This document shows positions 16,673 through 19,956 of a stretch of DNA of 19,956 nucleotides, piece after piece. The notes under the pieces were generated by a model. The model saw nothing but the letters and a program-made list of their open reading frames with translations. It had not been told where the DNA came from and ran no database searches. The position numbers were made by a program, and so were the translations under genes. This DNA comes from Armatimonadia bacterium (lineage in GTDB: Bacteria > Armatimonadota > Zipacnadia > Zipacnadales > UBA11051): NCBI GenBank assembly GCA_039683575.1, contig JBDKRC010000056.1, positions 1 through 19,956 of the forward strand, written 5' to 3'. Positions within the stretch are counted from its first letter, which is position 1; each line of letters opens with the position of its first letter.

Positions 16673-16832
16673 GTAGGAGCGGTCACCAGACCGCGATTTT
16701 GTTGTGCAACTACGCCGTAGGAGCGGACCGGTCACCAGACCGCGACTTCCTCGGGAGGTAACCCTGTACGAGCGATCACCGATCGCGACTTCGTTGTGTA
16801 ACCACACTGTGGGAGCGGTCACCAGACCGCGA
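16673..16832 (+). repeat. Tandem array of four family-A REP-like hairpins with 20-nt spacers
   Basis: Units at 16673-16696, 16717-16745, 16766-16788 and 16809-16832. Spacers at 16697-16716, 16746-16765 and 16789-16808. Confidence 0.9.
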
Positions 16833-16862
16833 CCATCTACGACCAACCCTCACCTTCTCCGC

Positions 16863-17294
16863 CTACCCCTCCACCTCCGCCTCCCCCAACCAAACCGCCC
16901 CGCCACACCCTTCCGCCGCCAGCCGACACAGCTCCCCCAACTGCTCCGGAAAATGCTTCACCCCTCCCAGCCCCTCCACCTCAACCCAAACCACCCGCCG
17001 CTCCTCTCCTGCGTCCTCTTCTGCTTCGCCCAGCAGCCTCGCCACCAGATACAGTTCCAGTACCCGCCTGTGCCCCTGTGCAAACTCTCGCCAGGCCACC
17101 ATCGCCCCCGCCTCCACCTCCAGCCCCGCCTCTTCGGCCACCTCCCGCACCACCGCCTCCGCCAGTCCCTCCCCGGCCTCCACGCCGCCCCCCGGCGGCA
17201 CCAGGTACCCCGGCTTCCCCCGCTTGGTGCTGACCAGCAGCACCTTGCCATCATGCACAATCAACGCTGCAACGCGTATGCGAGTTTCCGTCAT
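16863..17294 (-). CDS. NUDIX hydrolase
   Basis: Nudix box GGGVEAGEGLAEAVVREVAEEAGL. Start at MTETRIRV (or GTG at 17297) after a GGAG. Confidence 0.93.
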   Translation of the reverse strand: MTETRIRVAALIVHDGKVLLVSTKRGKPGYLVPPGGGVEAGEGLAEAVVREVAEEAGLEVEAGAMVAWREFAQGHRRVLELYLVARLLGEAEEDAGEERRVVWVEVEGLGGVKHFPEQLGELCRLAAEGCGGAVWLGEAEVEG

Positions 17295-17309
17295 CACTGA
17301 TCTCACTCC

Positions 17310-17353
17310 AAAAGCCACGAGCCCCGAGGGCCGGAGGTCCTCAGGGCCCATGG
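17310..17353 (-). terminator. Terminator/attenuator-like hairpin just upstream of the NUDIX RBS
   Basis: On the minus strand CCATGGGCCCTGAGG pairs with CCTCGGGGCTCGTGG (15 bp including 3 G-U pairs), followed by CTTTT. Confidence 0.55.
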
Positions 17354-17394
17354 TGACCGCCGATCTTCCTGCTCCGGAACCTGGCGAAAAACAT
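17341..17394 (-). CDS. Candidate 17-aa leader peptide MFFARFRSRKIGGHHGP
   Basis: ATG preceded by GGGGGA. The stop codon lies within the 5' arm of the attenuator-like hairpin. Confidence 0.35.
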   Translation of the reverse strand: MFFARFRSRKIGGHHGP

Positions 17395-17467
17395 CTGAAC
17401 AATTCCCCCGCAGGTATCCTAACCCCTGCAAGGAAACACACTCTCATTGCGTCGAGCAGCCTCTAGT

Positions 17468-17644
17468 CGCGTGGCAGGCATGCTCCGCATGCCGGAACTC
17501 GGCTCAATAGCTCTGCAGGGACGCGTAGGTGGGTTCGTCCCGAACCCACGCCGTTACGACCTCTCGACGCGTGGTAGGCACACTCCGTGTGCCGGAACTC
17601 GTGACGTCCAGTGAGTCCGGCATGCGGAGCATGCCTACCACGCG
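17468..17644. repeat. Composite REP cluster (three family-D copies plus one family-C copy)
   Basis: Family D copies at 17468-17500 (+), 17568-17600 (+) and 17613-17644 (-). The family C copy at 17521-17549 is identical to 13189-13217. Confidence 0.9.
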
Positions 17645-17688
17645 AAGAGATACGCCGCCTCACGTCCGAGTGTTTTCCGTTTTCGCCG

Positions 17689-17723
17689 TTCCAGATTCCC
17701 GATTCCCAATTCCCGCCTCCCGG
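17689..17723. repeat. Heptanucleotide tandem repeat (5 degenerate units)
   Basis: TTCCAGA TTCCCGA TTCCCAA TTCCCGC CTCCCGG. Confidence 0.7.
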
Positions 17724-17737
17724 AAAGGTCCCCCCCC

Positions 17738-18733
17738 ATGACCAAACTTCGCTTCGGAATCATCGGCGTCGGCGGACGTGGCATGTGCAACGCCCGCGCC
17801 GTCAACGCCCGCGAAGACCTCGAACTCGTCGGTACCTGCGACCTCCGCCAGGAGCGCCTCGACCTGTGCGATGAGGAAGGCATCGCGGGCAAGCGCTTCC
17901 TCGACTACCGCGACCTCCTCGACCAGGGCCTCGACGCCGTCTGCATCAACACCGACAACAACATGCACTGCGAGCAGACCCTCGCCGCCGCCGAGCGTGG
18001 GCTGCACGTCTACTGCGAAAAGCCCATCGCCCTCAACGTCGACGACGCCCGCCGCATGGTCGAGGCCACCCGCAACGTCGCCACAGTCGTCAACCTCAGC
18101 ATGCGCGCCAATGCCGACTACCAGTTCATGCGCCAGGTCCTGCGCGAGGAGCGCTATGGCAAGCTACTCTGCGTCGGCGCCGTCCACCCCAAGCCCGGCG
18201 GCCTGCTCGTCCAGGGCAAGGGCCACCGTGCGACCAACGACCCCGCCGTCTGGGGCCCGATCATCATGCACGACGGCGTGCACATCTGCGAGTGGCTGCG
18301 GTACATGGGGGGAGAGGTCGAAACAGTGGTAGCGCGCACGAAGACCACGGGCCCGGACCCGCTGAACGAAGAGTTCATCCACGCCATCACCACCCACGAG
18401 GGCGACGTCCTGGGCAGCCTCTCGTACCTGGCAATGCCGTTCATCCCCGGCAAGCAGTACGCCATCTGCGAGCAGGCCAGCGTCTGGCCCGAGCGCACCG
18501 AACAGGGCTCGTGCCTCCACATCGCCCGCGTGGGCGAGGAAGACGAACTCCTCCCCGTCCCGCCCAACGCCCTAACCGGCGACGCGTATTACGTTGACGA
18601 GTTCGTAAGAGCCATTCGCGAAAACCACCAGCCCTACGCCACCATGCACGACGGCTACGAGGGCCAGAGAATAGTAGAAGCCATCCGCCGCTCCGGCCAG
18701 ACCGGCCAACTGGTCAACATGCCCGAGATCTAG
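17738..18733 (+). CDS. Gfo/Idh/MocA family oxidoreductase
   Basis: Rossmann motif FGIIGVGGRG, plus HVYCEKPIA and HDGVHICE. Confidence 0.93.
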   Translation: MTKLRFGIIGVGGRGMCNARAVNAREDLELVGTCDLRQERLDLCDEEGIAGKRFLDYRDLLDQGLDAVCINTDNNMHCEQTLAAAERGLHVYCEKPIALNVDDARRMVEATRNVATVVNLSMRANADYQFMRQVLREERYGKLLCVGAVHPKPGGLLVQGKGHRATNDPAVWGPIIMHDGVHICEWLRYMGGEVETVVARTKTTGPDPLNEEFIHAITTHEGDVLGSLSYLAMPFIPGKQYAICEQASVWPERTEQGSCLHIARVGEEDELLPVPPNALTGDAYYVDEFVRAIRENHQPYATMHDGYEGQRIVEAIRRSGQTGQLVNMPEI

Positions 18734-18745
18734 CCATTCGCCACT

Positions 18746-18768
18746 GTGGGAGGGGCCACTGGCCCCGA
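18746..18768 (+). repeat. Single REP-like element (family A, GTGG variant)
   Basis: GTGGGA-GGGGCC-ACT-GGCCCC-GA. Confidence 0.75.
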
Positions 18769-18770
18769 CA

Positions 18771-18806
18771 AAGAAAAAGGGACGGAGCCCAAAAGCTCCG
18801 TCCCTT
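18771..18806 (-). terminator. Rho-independent terminator between convergent oxidoreductase genes
   Basis: Perfect 12-bp stem AAGGGACGGAGC/GCTCCGTCCCTT with a 6-nt loop and a T-rich tail on the minus strand. Confidence 0.8.
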
Positions 18807-18833
18807 GCCGTTTCTGTTCCCAGTTCCCCGCCT

Positions 18834-19877
18834 CTACAGCGGCAACCCCACCACAGTCCCCGTCTCCGACGCCTTATATATCGCCAATATCAGCTCCACC
18901 GCCCGCCGCGCCTCCTGCCCGTTCAGCGTCGGCTGCCGGCCCTCGTCTATCGCCTGTAGCAGATCGCCGATCTGCTCCGCATGGGCCTTCACAGCCTCCC
19001 CTGCCATCCCCTTCGTGGGGTCCGCCGACCCGCCGGCCTCGCCCGCGGTCGGGTTGTACTCCGTCTCCTCCCCCTCGACTTCCCATAGCTGCATCTGGTC
19101 GCCCACGACGATGATGTTGCCCTTCGTCCCGTGAACTTCCAGCCGGTGCTGGTGGCCCTTGTACGTGCAGGTCGTGCCCTGGATGATCCCATGGGCCCCG
19201 CTCTCGAACTTCAGCACCGCATTGGCGCAGTCCTCGACCTCAATGCTCTTGTGCCCCAGGTTCTCGGCAAAGCCAAACACCTGCGTCGGGTTCCCCATCA
19301 GCCACAACAGCAGGTCGATGTAATGAATCCCCTGGTTGATAAGCGCCCCGCCGCCGTCGAGACCCTTGGTCCCGTGCCACCCGTCGCTATAGTACTCCTC
19401 GGTCCGGAACCACGGAATGATCGCGTTGCCATAGAGCAGCTTCCCCAGCCGCCCCTCATCCACGGCCGCCTTCACGCGCTTGTACACGCTGAAGTTCCGC
19501 GACTGGTGCGTCGCCCCCACCAGCACGTTATTGCGCGCCGCCGCCGCGATCAGGTTGTCAATGCGCTCGAGGGTGATATCAATGGGCTTGGTGCAGATGA
19601 CATGCTTGCCCGCCTCGGCGCACATGATGCCAAGCTTGGCATGCAGGCCGCTGGGCACGACCACATTGACCACATGCAAATCCTCGCGCTTGAGCATCTC
19701 GGCGAGGTCGGTGTAGTAATCGCAGCCATACTTCTCAGCCTTGGCCTTAGCTGCATCCTCACGGGTGTCGCACACGGCAATGATGCTGGCATTGGGCAGC
19801 ATCCTGATGGCATCCAGATGAGTATCGGAAATAACGCCACAGCCGACGACCCCAAAGCCGTACTTCTTGTCCGTCAT
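18834..19877 (-). CDS. Gfo/Idh/MocA family oxidoreductase
   Basis: Motifs FGVVGCGVIS, GKHVICTKP, GGGALINQGIHYIDLLLWLMG and EVED. Confidence 0.95.
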   Translation of the reverse strand: MTDKKYGFGVVGCGVISDTHLDAIRMLPNASIIAVCDTREDAAKAKAEKYGCDYYTDLAEMLKREDLHVVNVVVPSGLHAKLGIMCAEAGKHVICTKPIDITLERIDNLIAAAARNNVLVGATHQSRNFSVYKRVKAAVDEGRLGKLLYGNAIIPWFRTEEYYSDGWHGTKGLDGGGALINQGIHYIDLLLWLMGNPTQVFGFAENLGHKSIEVEDCANAVLKFESGAHGIIQGTTCTYKGHQHRLEVHGTKGNIIVVGDQMQLWEVEGEETEYNPTAGEAGGSADPTKGMAGEAVKAHAEQIGDLLQAIDEGRQPTLNGQEARRAVELILAIYKASETGTVVGLPL

Positions 19878-19956
19878 TGGTTACACGCTCCGCCAAAAAG
19901 AAGTGGCACCCCGGCCCGGGGAACAACCATGAGCCAGGATAATCTGCGCCCGATCC

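Noticed and set aside
16673-16832. True CRISPR array
   Set aside because: Only four variable repeats, related 20-nt spacers, the same repeat dispersed as singletons, and no cas genes or leader in the window.
16655-16846. 63-aa ORF ending SRSGDRSYRRPGW
   Set aside because: It is a translation of the repeat array, with no independent coding evidence. It is useful only in showing that the repeat is stop-free in the frame used within rdgB.
17355-17390. SRP RNA or ykkC-type riboswitch (CGCCAGGTTCCGGAGCAGGAAG on the minus strand)
   Set aside because: Only a superficial resemblance. The SRP GGAA-tetraloop/AGCAG arrangement and the ykkC 3' conserved elements are not reproduced. A cmscan search would settle it.
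17295-17447. N-terminal extension of the NUDIX ORF
   Set aside because: It runs through a hairpin-rich leader. The NUDIX fold begins at MTETRIRV with a GGAG RBS upstream.
19929-19956. Possible start of a + strand gene (MSQDNLRPI...)
   Set aside because: Only 9 codons are visible at the window edge, so it cannot be supported.
1-19956. Transposase/RAYT, integrase, phage or defence genes
   Set aside because: No ORF shows recognisable HUH/Y1, DDE, recombinase, or nuclease/defence motifs.

Overview
GC-rich bacterial chromosomal segment with 18 protein-coding genes. The gene mix resembles Armatimonadota or similar lineages, which is an inference only. The genes are a 3'-truncated rdgB-type NTP pyrophosphatase, an aldo/keto reductase, an ECF sigma / double-zinc-finger anti-sigma / DUF2270 unit, a secreted LamG + glycoside-hydrolase-like protein, a GT2 glycosyltransferase, a URO-D-family protein, a large heparinase II/III-like protein, a PHP hydrolase, phoU-tspO, a NUDIX / membrane-fusion protein / thioredoxin lipoprotein / copper-amine-oxidase-N-domain run, and two convergent Gfo/Idh/MocA oxidoreductases. 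No rRNA, tRNA, transposase or cas gene is visible. The most striking content is non-coding: about 18 GTAG/GTGG/GTAC-headed REP-like hairpins from several families. One family has 8 same-strand copies with perfectly co-varying 6-bp stems. It forms a tandem array with exactly 20-nt spacers, and one copy lies in frame inside rdgB as a translated insertion. Two genes take their TAG stop from a REP GTAG. A candidate leader-peptide attenuator (MFFARFRSRKIGGHHGP) precedes the NUDIX gene.
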